In this document: positions 9,454-18,681 of the stretch, piece by piece | How the letters are laid out: the number at the start of each line of letters is the position of its first letter | How positions within the stretch are numbered: the first letter of the stretch is position 1 | Assembly (NCBI GenBank): GCA_963845535.1 | Contig: CAWJSK010000012.1 | Location: 608,001-672,000, forward strand | DNA from: an uncultured Spirochaetota bacterium | Lineage (GTDB): Bacteria > Spirochaetota > Spirochaetia > SZUA-6 > Fen-1364 | Length of the DNA: 64,000 nucleotides | Reading direction: 5' to 3' | Made by a program: the position numbers and the translations under genes | Notes under the pieces: model-generated | The model's database searches: none | Told to the model about the DNA's origin: nothing | The model's input: only the letters and a program-made list of their open reading frames with translations

Positions 9454-10854
9454 CTACCCGCTCTTCGGCAGAGCAATCCCATACTTTTTCATTTTCCTCC
9501 ATAGAGTGTTTCTGCCCATCCCGAGGATCTTCGCGGCCTTCGTCTGGTTGCCGTTTCCCTGCTGGAGGGCGCGCACGATGGCTTCCCGTTCCTGCAGCTC
9601 CCGCTCCGGAGCCGCGGGAGCGCTTGCCGGCGCTGTTTCTCCTGCCGGGGAAGCCGCCCTGCCAAGGGAAAACAGACGGTCGAACTCGGAGGCGGAGACG
9701 TGCGACGAAGAGGAGAACGTCATGGCGCGCGCAATCACGTTCTCCAGCTCCCTCACGTTGCCCGGCCACGGATACCTCATCATGGACTCCATGGAGGCCG
9801 GGTCGAGGGTCGGGACTTCTTTCGAGAGCTTCGCGCTGTGCACGGCCATGAAGTGGCGGCAGAGAGGCTCGATGTCCTCCTTGCGTTCGCGCAGCGGGGG
9901 GATGGAAATGGGGATGACCGCCAGGCGATAGAAGAGGTCCTCCCGGAAGGCGCCCGAACGGATCAGCGCGGCCAGGTCCTTGTTGGTGGAGGCAATGATC
10001 CGCACGTCGACTTTTCGGACGGAGGCGCTCCCGACCCGTCGGACTTCTCCTTCCTGCAACACCCTCAGCAGCTTGGCTTGCAGCGCGGCCGGCATGTCTC
10101 CGATCTCATCCAGGAGCAGCGTCCCGCCGTCTGCCTCCTCGAAGAGGCCTTTCTTCTCCGCGGTTGCCCCCGTGAATGCCCCCTTGGCATGGCCAAAGAG
10201 CTCGCTTTCAAGGAGCGTTTCCGGGAGCGCCGCACAGTTCAGCGCAATGAAGGGCCGGGCCGCCCGCGGCCCGCGGTAATGGATGGCACGAGCCACCAGC
10301 TCCTTGCCGGTGCCGCTCTCACCCTGGATGAGCACGCTGGAATCCGAGGTCCGCACGATGTTCACCATCTCCAGGACCTTGCGCATCCCGGGGCTTGCAG
10401 CCACGATGTTCTCCGGTGCATAGCGCCCCTCCACGGCGTTGCGAAGCTCGCGGACCTCCCGCTTGAGGTTGCGCCGCTCCATGGCGCGCTCCACGGCGAG
10501 GAGCAGCTTCTGCGTGGACAGCGGCTTGGTGAGGTAGTCGAAGGCGCCGCCCTTGACGGCTTCCACGGCGGAGTCGATGGTCCCGTACGCCGTGATGAGA
10601 AGGACCTCCGGCAGGTAGGGCCGGGCCCGGGCAGCCTGCAGGACGTCCAGGCCGCTGCCGTCCGGCAGCATCAGGTCGGTGAGGACCACCTCGAACTCCC
10701 GCTCATACAGGGTCTGGCCGGCTGCGGTCACGGTGGGCGCCTCCTCGACGTCGTAGTGGTTCGCCTCCAGGAGATCACGCATGAACTTCCGAATGATCTC
10801 GTCGTCGTCGACAACCAGCACCCTGTGTACTCCCGGCATGATGTGGGGCTTCAC
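9454..10854 (-). CDS. Sigma54-dependent response regulator (NtrC/AtoC family: REC-AAA+-Fis HTH)
   Basis: REC; GESGTGKELVA; ESELFGHAKGAFTGA; LLLDEIG; FREDLFYRL; WPGNVRELEN; GNQTKAAKILGMGRNTLWRKMK. Confidence 0.95.
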   Translation of the reverse strand: MKPHIMPGVHRVLVVDDDEIIRKFMRDLLEANHYDVEEAPTVTAAGQTLYEREFEVVLTDLMLPDGSGLDVLQAARARPYLPEVLLITAYGTIDSAVEAVKGGAFDYLTKPLSTQKLLLAVERAMERRNLKREVRELRNAVEGRYAPENIVAASPGMRKVLEMVNIVRTSDSSVLIQGESGTGKELVARAIHYRGPRAARPFIALNCAALPETLLESELFGHAKGAFTGATAEKKGLFEEADGGTLLLDEIGDMPAALQAKLLRVLQEGEVRRVGSASVRKVDVRIIASTNKDLAALIRSGAFREDLFYRLAVIPISIPPLRERKEDIEPLCRHFMAVHSAKLSKEVPTLDPASMESMMRYPWPGNVRELENVIARAMTFSSSSHVSASEFDRLFSLGRAASPAGETAPASAPAAPERELQEREAIVRALQQGNGNQTKAAKILGMGRNTLWRKMKKYGIALPKSG

Positions 10855-11234
10855 TCCTTTCTGGGAGACGCGTGGCGGATATGGCCTGCTATTTCGGCCA
10901 GGAAAGTTCGCGTGGACAGCGGCTTGGGAATGAAACCGTCGCAGCCGGCGCGCGCCGCTCTTTCAGCGTCCTCTTTACGCGCCTGCGCGGTGAGGGCAAC
11001 CACGGGAACGTGCCGGGTGGCGTCGCGCGTTTTCAGGATGCGCGTCGCTTCCAGCCCGTCCATGCCGGGCAGGGCGATATCCATCAGGATGAGGTCCGGC
11101 GGATGCGCGGCGGCAATGGCAATCCCCGTCTCCGCGCTGGATGAGGTGCTCACTTCGTAACCTTCCCTTTCCAGGAGAATCACGATGAGGTTCGTGATGA
11201 GCTGGTCGTCCTCGATCAGGAGAATCCTTTTCAT
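10851..11234 (-). CDS. Single-domain response regulator (DivK-like)
   Basis: MKRILLIEDD...PDLILMDIALPGMDG...VALTAQA...GCDGFIPKP. Start could be 11234, 11252 or 11264. Confidence 0.88.
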   Translation of the reverse strand: MKRILLIEDDQLITNLIVILLEREGYEVSTSSSAETGIAIAAAHPPDLILMDIALPGMDGLEATRILKTRDATRHVPVVALTAQARKEDAERAARAGCDGFIPKPLSTRTFLAEIAGHIRHASPRKE

Positions 11235-11334
11235 GGCAGGCGCCGCAATCATAGTATGCATCAAGGCACTTGCAAATGCAAAAAGTTTCTCCCTGCGGGC
11301 AAAAGGTGCTACCTTCGAGGCAAGGAGCGCGCAG

Positions 11335-11871
11335 ATGAAACGGATCGTTGCTTTGGTTGATGAGATCTACGAAGACCTGGAGCTCTGGTATCCCAGGATC
11401 CGGCTGGAAGAGGAGGGCTGGAAGGTCGTCGTTGCAGGGCCGGAAAAAGGCCGGGAGTACCGCGGCAAACATGGCTACCCGTGCAGGGCCGATGCCGCGA
11501 TAGACGATATAGAAACCTCGGAGTTCGACGCGCTGCTTGTGCCGGGCGGTTTTGCCCCTGACAAGCTGCGGCGCCTGGAGCACGTCAAAGCCCTCGTGCG
11601 GCAGTTCGACGATGAAGGCAAGCTGATTGCCTTCATCTGTCACGCCGGCTGGGTCCTCATCTCCGCTGGCATCCTGCGAGGGCGGCGCGCCACGAGCACC
11701 GTTGGGATCCGCGACGACATGCTGAACGCGGGGGCGGTCTGGGTGGATGAGCCCGTGGTCGTGGACGGGAACCTCGTCAGCTCGCGCACCCCTGCGGACC
11801 TGGCGGGGTTTGCCAGGGGAATGGTGGAGTGGCTGAAGCAGGGTGGCGCGGTGGCCGCCGTGGAGGCGTAA
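11335..11871 (+). CDS. PfpI/DJ-1 family (type 1 glutamine amidotransferase-like) protein
   Basis: YEDLELWYP, LLVPGGFAPDKLR, AFICHAGW, VVVDGNLVSSRTPADL. AAGGAG RBS before ATG 11335. Confidence 0.93.
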   Translation: MKRIVALVDEIYEDLELWYPRIRLEEEGWKVVVAGPEKGREYRGKHGYPCRADAAIDDIETSEFDALLVPGGFAPDKLRRLEHVKALVRQFDDEGKLIAFICHAGWVLISAGILRGRRATSTVGIRDDMLNAGAVWVDEPVVVDGNLVSSRTPADLAGFARGMVEWLKQGGAVAAVEA

Positions 11872-11959
11872 ATCACCCAGGCGCTGCTGCAACGCCGAAG
11901 TCTTAAGTTGATCGCAAGGGGGGGAAGAGGGTCTGCCGGGAGGGTTCGGAGGGCAGGCA

Positions 11960-12170
11960 AGGACAGGTCCTCACAAAGTCATCTTTTTGCACGTTACCGG
12001 ATGTGTTCAGCACAAGCAGGGCAGGGAAGGGACCTTTCCCGTCGGGCAAAACCAACTCTGCCGTGACGTTTTTTTGCGTCCCGAGACTGGTTAGGGTCTC
12101 GTTTCCACGGCCCACACCGGCAAACAGGCAAGCGCCTAAAGAGGCCAACAAAATTCGCCGCCTTTCGCAT
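11960..12170 (-). pseudogene. Possible remnant of a secreted alpha/beta hydrolase (dienelactone hydrolase-like) N-terminus
   Basis: Fragment AELVLPDGKGPFPALLVLNTSG follows a frame-broken signal-like segment; no catalytic C-terminal part. Confidence 0.35.
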
Positions 12171-12304
12171 CGAACACCTCCGCGCGTTCGAAAACGTACG
12201 CCGAAGGCTTCTTATCGGCTCTCGTCTGCGCTTCACACTCCCTTTGGACAGATTCAGCGCGGAGTTGCGGCAGACATGCCGGCTTTTTGTCAAGATTTTT
12301 GTTC

Positions 12305-12333
12305 TTGACACCAGTTACCATTTATGGTAACTT
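12305..12333 (+). promoter_or_regulatory. Sigma70-type promoter of the TA operon with overlapping palindromic operator
   Basis: TTGACA (12305-12310), 17-bp spacer, TAACTT (12328-12333). Perfect palindrome AGTTACCAT-TT-ATGGTAACT at 12313-12332. Confidence 0.75.
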
Positions 12334-12372
12334 CCTAAACGATGGCATTCCGGGTGAATGTGAAGAAAAAAG

Positions 12373-13697
12373 GGCGCTTCCGGGTTTCCTATGGGTCAAG
12401 ACAGTAGAATAATGTAGTCTGATTTCATGCAAGACATCGAACTGTACACGAAACTGCTGGGAATACGGGCTCCCTGGAGCGTTACGGGCATTCAGGTCGG
12501 CCTGAAAGATCGTTCAGTGACAATCAGCGTCGGCTACGACGAGTCGGTTCCTGTCGCATGTCCCGTTTGTGGTGGGCAAGCCTCGATCTACGACCATCAG
12601 AAGCGTCGGTGGCGGCACCTTGATACCATGCAGTTCAGGACAATCATCGAATGCGAGGTACCACGCGTTTTCTGTGAGGGCCACGGTGTGAAACAGCTGC
12701 CCGTTGCATGGGCGGAAGTCAAAGGTCATTTCACTGCCCTTTTTGAGGCACTGGTCATCAGTTGGCTCAAGGAAAGCTCGATTTCGGGAGTTGCCCAGCT
12801 ACTGAAGCTCAGTTGGGACGAGGTTGCAGGTATTCAAGAGCGTGCCGTGAAAAGAGGCCTTGAACGCAGGCGGAAGCAACCGCTGAAGGATATCGGCATC
12901 GATGAAACGTCATTCCAGAAGCGCCACGAGTACGTCACGGTGATCTTGGATCGAAACAGGGATATCGTGTTGGACGTGCTGGATGACCGAAAGGCGGAGA
13001 GCCTTGAGAATTGGCTGCGGGACAGGCCGGCACATCATTTGACCTCGATGCAGACGGTGACGATGGACATGTGGGATCCGTTCATAAAGGCGGTAAAGGC
13101 CAGCATATCTGAGGCCGAGGAGAAGATCTGCTTCGATCGCTTTCATGTGGCCCAGCACTTTGGTAAGGCGTTGGACAAAGTGCGCGCCCAGGAGCACCGA
13201 CAGATTTTAGCCGCAGAGGGGGAAAGCCCGCTGAGCGGAACAAAATACGATTGGCAGAGAAACTCCGCTCAAACGGACAACAGAGCACGTCGGGAGTTTA
13301 TGTCGTTGTCACGCATGAATCTGAAAACGGCACGCGCATGGGCGATCAAGGAGACTGCCGCTCAGTTGTGGCACTATATCTACCGTACGGCAGCAGAGGA
13401 GGCTTGGAGAAAGCTCCTTGCCTGGATTGCACGCTGCAGACTGCAAGCGGTCAAAAAAGTCGGTAGAATGGTGCGTCAGTACCTTTGGGGAATCCTTAAC
13501 GCGATTGTTGCAGGGGTTTCAAACGCGATGGCCGAAGCGAAAAACGCACGCATTCAACGCATTAAGAATATGGCCTGTGGGTTTCGCAATCGTAAACGTT
13601 TCAGGATGGCGATCCTTTTCCACCTGGGCGGCCTGAACCTGATGCCGAAAACTCTGAAATACTTCGGAATCTAGCCCACACGGATGCCGGAAGCGCC
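12373..13697 (+). mobile_element. Complete ISL3-family insertion sequence
   Basis: Imperfect terminal inverted repeats GGCGCTTCCGG-N8-TGGG at both ends. Exact 8-bp target duplication GAAAAAAG at 12365-12372 and 13698-13705. Confidence 0.95.
12427..13674 (+). CDS. ISL3 family transposase
   Basis: CPVC zinc finger, [54 protein letters not shown]. Confidence 0.96.
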   Translation: MQDIELYTKLLGIRAPWSVTGIQVGLKDRSVTISVGYDESVPVACPVCGGQASIYDHQKRRWRHLDTMQFRTIIECEVPRVFCEGHGVKQLPVAWAEVKGHFTALFEALVISWLKESSISGVAQLLKLSWDEVAGIQERAVKRGLERRRKQPLKDIGIDETSFQKRHEYVTVILDRNRDIVLDVLDDRKAESLENWLRDRPAHHLTSMQTVTMDMWDPFIKAVKASISEAEEKICFDRFHVAQHFGKALDKVRAQEHRQILAAEGESPLSGTKYDWQRNSAQTDNRARREFMSLSRMNLKTARAWAIKETAAQLWHYIYRTAAEEAWRKLLAWIARCRLQAVKKVGRMVRQYLWGILNAIVAGVSNAMAEAKNARIQRIKNMACGFRNRKRFRMAILFHLGGLNLMPKTLKYFGI

Positions 13698-13909
13698 GAA
13701 AAAAGTTGCAAAGTGCTTGGGCGATCTCCCGGAGGACGTCCAAGACAAGTTATGGACTCTCATTGGAGCCATGCAGCGCCTTGGACCCGTGCGCGGCGAT
13801 TGGCCTAACTATTCAAAGCTTGGGGATGATGAGCACCACTGCCATCTGAGCCCCAAGTGGGTTGTTTGTTGGCGTTCAGAACAAAGAACGTCAAGAATTG
13901 AGGTGTATT

Positions 13910-14266
13910 ATGTTGGTAGCCGTGAGGAAGCCCCATATTAAGGTTTCTGTGAACGGAATCGGCGCAGCGCTCGTTATTAGGGAAATTCTGGCAAAGTACC
14001 CGAAGGCCGAAGTCACTACGGAAGATGAAGCTGTCGATATTACTACCACCGATTGGTGGAAGAAGATGCAGTCTACCTCCCACACGGGTACTGTGCTGCG
14101 GACTTACCGCGACAACGCGGGCCTGACTCTTGACCGGCTCTCTAAGCGGAGCGGGATTGCAAAGTCCCATCTCTCTGACATGGAGAACGGCAAGCGGGCA
14201 ATCGGAACGCGCACGGCGAAGAAGCTCTCGACGGCGCTCAAGGTCGATTACCGCCTTTTCTTGTAG
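13910..14266 (+). CDS. XRE-family HTH antitoxin (HigA-like)
   Basis: LRTYRDNAGLTLDRLSKRSGIAKSHLSDMENGKRAIG...KKLSTALKVDYRLFL. Overlaps the toxin 3' end. Confidence 0.85.
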   Translation: MLVAVRKPHIKVSVNGIGAALVIREILAKYPKAEVTTEDEAVDITTTDWWKKMQSTSHTGTVLRTYRDNAGLTLDRLSKRSGIAKSHLSDMENGKRAIGTRTAKKLSTALKVDYRLFL

Positions 14267-14645
14267 CCAAAAACTTAATACTCGAACAGGGGCGCAGGAC
14301 AAGCACTTGCCGGTCAGTAAATAGCCCAGTATACCCCCATACCCTGGAACTGCTTGAGGCAGTAACGGACGAATACTGAAGAGTCAGGTTCGGGTCTACG
14401 CCGATAACCCGCGTTGTCATGCCGTTGGAATCAATCGTGATTAGCGAGCTGGCGTTTGACCCCGCACCGCGCTGAAAATATGTGTCCGACGTGGTTCCAT
14501 CCGTCCTTACAACATGCTGGACGATGACTCCGTGGCTGGAGGATATGCTTCCCACCCCACTGGTTACACCGGTAATGCCTCCAGAGGTGTCAGGCTCAAC
14601 GTAAGGGTTTCCACTGCTGTCTACCCGAACATATACCTGCTTCAT
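14238..14645 (-). CDS. Hypothetical Ser/Gly/Thr-rich protein (possibly a fragment)
   Basis: MKQVYVRVDSSGNPYVEPDT... in a lower-GC segment; no recognisable motif. Confidence 0.3.
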   Translation of the reverse strand: MKQVYVRVDSSGNPYVEPDTSGGITGVTSGVGSISSSHGVIVQHVVRTDGTTSDTYFQRGAGSNASSLITIDSNGMTTRVIGVDPNLTLQYSSVTASSSSRVWGYTGLFTDRQVLVLRPCSSIKFLATRKGGNRP

Positions 14646-15082
14646 ATGCCTTGAATCACAGACCGGCAATCACAACTCTTTGCACCTCTCATTTTACCGT
14701 CCTCGCTTCTTTCGAACACTTGGTGAAGCCTCAAGGAACCGAAACGCGCATAAGAATAGGAACTACTACCCGGCTCCTCTTTGCGGCAAACCGAGTGCTG
14801 TGGAGTATCCCGACGATGGTCACAGCAAGAAACGGATTGGCCGGCTTCCTGTTCTTTAGCGATTTTCAAAGCCATGGATTCAACAGAAGACTTCATGGAG
14901 CAGGGTGCGGACGCCGGTCCTGTGTCGACAAGAGTAGCAACCTCTACGGATCCGGCGGCATGAGCGGTGGGGCACGAATCAGGTCCTTGACTGAACAATA
15001 GCGAACCACTACCGAGTGTATTGCTGCAGTGCAATTCCGGCCGCCGTTGGTGTTCAAATGTTCAACCTTAAGGAGACACATC

Positions 15083-16321
15083 TTGGCACAGACTCCAGAC
15101 AGCCTTCTTGCAACGTCCCCTGTGCGCCTTTCGTACCTGGACTGGCTCCGCTTTCTGGTCGTGCTTTGCCTCGCGCCCTTCCATGCCGTGCTCAGCTACA
15201 CGGGCATGGGCGTTGTATATGTCTACGACACTCCGATCCGTGATTTCTTTCTTTCGGGCGTGTTCCCCCATAACGCCGGGCCGGCGGCTATGAGGATCTT
15301 CACAGTCTTCATGGACAACTGGTTCATGCACCTTCTGTTCATGATCTCAGGCGTCGCGGCGGCTTCTTCCCTTCGTAAGCGAAGCGCCGGCCAGTTCGTC
15401 GGTGAGCGCGCCAACCGGCTGCTTTTGCCCTTACTTCTCGGTACGCTCTGCGTCATCTCCATCCAGTCGTGGCTGCGGGCCTTGTCGTTCGGAAGGTTCT
15501 CCGGAGGCTTCTTCTCCTTCTACCCGCACTTTTTCCAGGGGGTCAACGCCGGTCCGGCCAGCACGGGGAACTTCGACTACGGTCAACTCTGGTTCCTGCT
15601 GTACCTCTTTGTCTTCTCTACGTTGGCGCTGCCCTTGCTACTCACTGTCAAGCGCAAGGGAGAGGCTTCACGGTTCCTAGTAGCGGGACGACACTTTTCC
15701 GGCGGCGCGCTCGTGTTGGTGCCGGCTGTCTGGATCGCGATATTGGAAGGCGCCTTCCGTCCGGGATGGCCGGGGTTTCAGAACCTTGTGAACGATTGGG
15801 CCAACTTCACTGTGTATCTTTCCTTCTTTGTGTTCGGCTACGCGGCGGGAGTAGCGCGAGACTTGCTTGCGGCAATGGAAAGAAATCGCCTCATTGCGCT
15901 CGTACTGGGCTTGCTTGCCTTTGCAGCCCGTATGGCCGTCTATCGGCTGCTCCCGGTTCCTTCTGGCTATCACTGGACCAATATCGCGGCGCAGGCCTTC
16001 CGTGGTGCCGCCGCGTTTGGGTTGGTGGTTGCGGCGATGGGTTATGGACGCAGGTACCTCAATAGTGAAAGCTGCGCGCTCTCGGCCGCGCGTGACTTGG
16101 CCTTCCCTTTGTATGTCTTGCACTTCGCACCCCTGAGCGCGGCGACCTATCTGCTGCTGGAGACAGGCCTGAGCGTTTGGGCCCGTTGGGCTATTGCAGT
16201 AGGCGCATCGTGGGTGACTGTAGCGATCTTCACCTACGCGGCTCGGTTCGTTCCTCTTGTTCGGGACATTCTGGGCATTCGGCCGGGCCGTGTTCTAAAC
16301 GTGAGAGTCTCGAAGGTCTGA
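15083..16321 (+). CDS. Acyltransferase family 3 membrane protein (OpgC/MdoC-like)
   Basis: RLSYLDWLR...PFHA, WFMHLLFMISG, ERANRLLLP, GQLWFLLYLF, FPLYVLH; multiple TM helices. AAGGAG then TTG at 15083. Confidence 0.88.
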   Translation: MAQTPDSLLATSPVRLSYLDWLRFLVVLCLAPFHAVLSYTGMGVVYVYDTPIRDFFLSGVFPHNAGPAAMRIFTVFMDNWFMHLLFMISGVAAASSLRKRSAGQFVGERANRLLLPLLLGTLCVISIQSWLRALSFGRFSGGFFSFYPHFFQGVNAGPASTGNFDYGQLWFLLYLFVFSTLALPLLLTVKRKGEASRFLVAGRHFSGGALVLVPAVWIAILEGAFRPGWPGFQNLVNDWANFTVYLSFFVFGYAAGVARDLLAAMERNRLIALVLGLLAFAARMAVYRLLPVPSGYHWTNIAAQAFRGAAAFGLVVAAMGYGRRYLNSESCALSAARDLAFPLYVLHFAPLSAATYLLLETGLSVWARWAIAVGASWVTVAIFTYAARFVPLVRDILGIRPGRVLNVRVSKV

Positions 16322-16437
16322 TTCCCGTCTTCGGCGCGATTCCAACGAGACGAGACAGATTTCGCTTTCTTCGCCTGTAGACTAGCCCATGTTCGGGTGG
16401 GTTAGACAAAAAGCAGGAGGTCTGTCAAAAAGCCCTG

Positions 16438-16467
16438 AAAAAGCGGCCGCGGGGGGCCGGCCGCTTT
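16438..16467 (-). terminator. Intrinsic terminator for the DOMON gene
   Basis: Stem AAAGCGGCCG / CGGCCGCTTT with an 8-nt loop and a T run on the minus strand, between convergent genes. Confidence 0.6.
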
Positions 16468-16490
16468 GCTGAACCTTTTTCCTCTTCGAG

Positions 16491-17042
16491 CTATTCGAGG
16501 GCCAGGCTCGTCAGGTTTCGATACGTGTGATATTGGCTGAAGCTGCCCAGGTCTCCCATTGCGAAGATCAGGTCGAGAGCGGACTGACCTGCCTTGATGT
16601 ATGCGTCCGCCTTGAGAGCAACCTCGAGTGTCGTCTTTCCGCCGCGCTCTTTCAGCGCATAGGACACCAGGGTGTCTGCGACAGTGGCAGGCGCATCATG
16701 GTGGGAATGCCCGCTGCCCACCTGAGGCTTGAAGTAGACTTTTCCGCCTTTCACGTATCCCATGAAGATATCAGCTCCGTCCATTCTCTGGCCCAGCCCG
16801 ATGGCGACCCATCCCGTTGTGTTGCCGACCACTGCGAGGTACAGGGTGCCGCCGGATCGGCTGGCGTACAAAGTAATCTGCTGGTCGAAATCCTGGGAGA
16901 AGCTGTATTCGCCGGCCTGGATGACGCCGTCCACGGACGGCTTGCGGACGCTTTTCCCCAGCTTGCCTTGCGCAAAAGCTTGAGCGCCCATGCCTGCGAG
17001 GAGCACGGCTATCACCACTGTCATGACTCGCAATTTGTTCAT
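16491..17042 (-). CDS. Secreted DOMON-like domain protein
   Basis: Signal peptide MNKLRVMTVVIAVLLAGMGAQAFA; TGWVAIGLG..MDGADIFMG and C-terminal YH, typical of DOMON. Confidence 0.75.
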   Translation of the reverse strand: MNKLRVMTVVIAVLLAGMGAQAFAQGKLGKSVRKPSVDGVIQAGEYSFSQDFDQQITLYASRSGGTLYLAVVGNTTGWVAIGLGQRMDGADIFMGYVKGGKVYFKPQVGSGHSHHDAPATVADTLVSYALKERGGKTTLEVALKADAYIKAGQSALDLIFAMGDLGSFSQYHTYRNLTSLALE

Positions 17043-17118
17043 TGTGTCTGCGTCTCCTTTACGGCTTAAGATAATGACCGGTCTGAGGCGGGGGCAACCA
17101 AATCGAGAATCTGGTCCG

Positions 17119-18594
17119 CTACTTGTTTTCTGTCGTGATCGAAAGCACGTTTCCGGGGTAGATGCGGTCAGGGTCAGGGAGAGCATTCCGCTCCTGCATG
17201 AGTCTCAGAAAATCCTTCCATTCACTTGCCACCGTCCCGTCACTGCGCAAGGAGCGGTAGATCTTCCACAGTGAGTCGCCCTGCTGCACGACGTGGGAGG
17301 GGCCGGGCCTCAGCCGTTGGAGCGGCGCGGCCGGTTGCTGCGCCGGCGCGCTTTCAGACGATGGCACCACAGCGGCGCGGGCGCTGCCAGGCGCAGAGGG
17401 TTGACGCAGGCCAACGTCGACGGCTGTAACGATCAGGGCGACAGCAAGGATGAAGGGACCCAGGGCGAGAATCCAGCCCTGCCAGCTTCCCTGCACCGCC
17501 CGGGCGCGCTGCACTGCCCGCGCTCCCAGCGTCGTCTGCGTTTGCGGCGTCGTCTGCGTTTGCGGCGTCGTCTGCGTTTGCGGAGCCGGCTGCGTGTGCA
17601 GCGCCGGCTGCGTGTGCGGCGCCGACGGCCCGCCTTGGGCTTTCGGTGCCCGCGGTACCGGCAGCCTGCGCGGCGCAGGTTGCCCGCGTGCCGACGGCTT
17701 CGAGCGCGGCGCGCCTCGGGAGCGTTCATCCGCGGCATGCCGCGGCGCACGCGGCATGCCGCCCCGCGCGCTGGATTGGACGAACGAAAGGCGTGGGGCG
17801 GCTGCTCCCGCCTTTTCAGCCGTGCGCGCGGGCGCCGCGGGCGGCTTGGCATCCGAGAAGTACTTGTCCAAAAAATAGGATGCGGATTCCCGGGCGGACC
17901 GATAGTCCGAGGTATCCGCCTGGGTTGGTGGGAGTATGTCGGCGTACCGGGCGCTCTTCTGTGCGTTCTTCCACGCCTCCGCCAGCTCGCGCCTTTCCGC
18001 CGCTGAAATGTCTTGCGTCCTCCCGCGCACCTTCAACGCTGGAAAGCAAATCCGCAGGATGAGGAGAATGAGATGGGCGTTCTCATTGCTCAAGTCGTCT
18101 CTCAGGGAAAGCACGTAGAGGTAAAGGAGAAGCCGGGGGGTAAGGGACCCCTTCAGGCGGCCGGCGAGCTCCACGCTGCGACGGGCAAGGAGCTTCTTCT
18201 CCAGATAGGTGTATTGCGTGAGGTCATAGAGGAGCTGCTGGGACACCGGTGGATCATCGTTGAAGATGAACCTCACCATCAGCTCGAACTGGGAGAGAGT
18301 CAGGGATCCGGGAAGGCTTGCCGAGAGAAAGTGGACCAGCCTGTGCGGCGGGACTCCGCTCATGTGCATGATGCACGCCGCCTTCACGGCGCTGTCCGCG
18401 GTGAAAGCGCTGATGGACTTCAAGCGGCGCGCGATTCTTCCCTGGTAGAACGGACGTTGGTCTGACGAACGGGGTGACTGCCCCAGGAGGCGGAAAATCT
18501 TCGACAGGACGTCGGAAGCCTCGAGCGGACGATCGCCCAGCAGATCATCGAGCAGAGCGTCGAGCCGACGTGTAGCGCCGTCATCGCCTAGCAT
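17119..18594 (-). CDS. Bitopic membrane protein with C-terminal LysM domain
   Basis: Helical N-terminal domain, P/A/R-rich linker, one TM helix (WILALGPFILAVALIVTAV), then LysM HVVQQGDSLWKI...NALPDPDRIYPGNVLSI. Confidence 0.85.
   Translation of the reverse strand: MLGDDGATRRLDALLDDLLGDRPLEASDVLSKIFRLLGQSPRSSDQRPFYQGRIARRLKSISAFTADSAVKAACIMHMSGVPPHRLVHFLSASLPGSLTLSQFELMVRFIFNDDPPVSQQLLYDLTQYTYLEKKLLARRSVELAGRLKGSLTPRLLLYLYVLSLRDDLSNENAHLILLILRICFPALKVRGRTQDISAAERRELAEAWKNAQKSARYADILPPTQADTSDYRSARESASYFLDKYFSDAKPPAAPARTAEKAGAAAPRLSFVQSSARGGMPRAPRHAADERSRGAPRSKPSARGQPAPRRLPVPRAPKAQGGPSAPHTQPALHTQPAPQTQTTPQTQTTPQTQTTLGARAVQRARAVQGSWQGWILALGPFILAVALIVTAVDVGLRQPSAPGSARAAVVPSSESAPAQQPAAPLQRLRPGPSHVVQQGDSLWKIYRSLRSDGTVASEWKDFLRLMQERNALPDPDRIYPGNVLSITTENK
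17529..17618 (-). repeat. In-frame 18-bp tandem repeats (PQTQTT / xHTQPA) in the LysM protein linker
   Basis: GCGTCGTCTGCGTTTGCG occurs three times, followed by two degenerate GCCGGCTGCGTGTGC units. Confidence 0.8.
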
Positions 18595-18681
18595 GCCACG
18601 CTTCCGAAAAACACTACCGTGATCGGCATTCCGGTGTCAAGAAACGGCACAACGTAATGATTATGCCTTTTCGGACCGAAA

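Larger units (their letters stand above)
12342..13941 (+). pseudogene. RelE/HigB-like toxin gene interrupted by ISL3 after codon 10
   Basis: Removing the IS and one target duplication joins MAFRVNVKKK (12342-12371) in frame to VAKCLGDLPEDVQDKL...WPNYSKLG...HHCHLSPKWVVCW...IEVYYVGSREEAPY. The gene lies upstream of an XRE-HTH gene. Confidence 0.8.

Noticed and set aside
11263..11280. AAGGCACTTGCAAATGCA as a second sigma54 promoter
   Set aside because: GG-to-GC spacing is 11 nt, not the required 10.
17529..17618. 18-bp repeats as a CRISPR array
   Set aside because: Tandem, spacerless and in frame within a coding linker; no cas genes.
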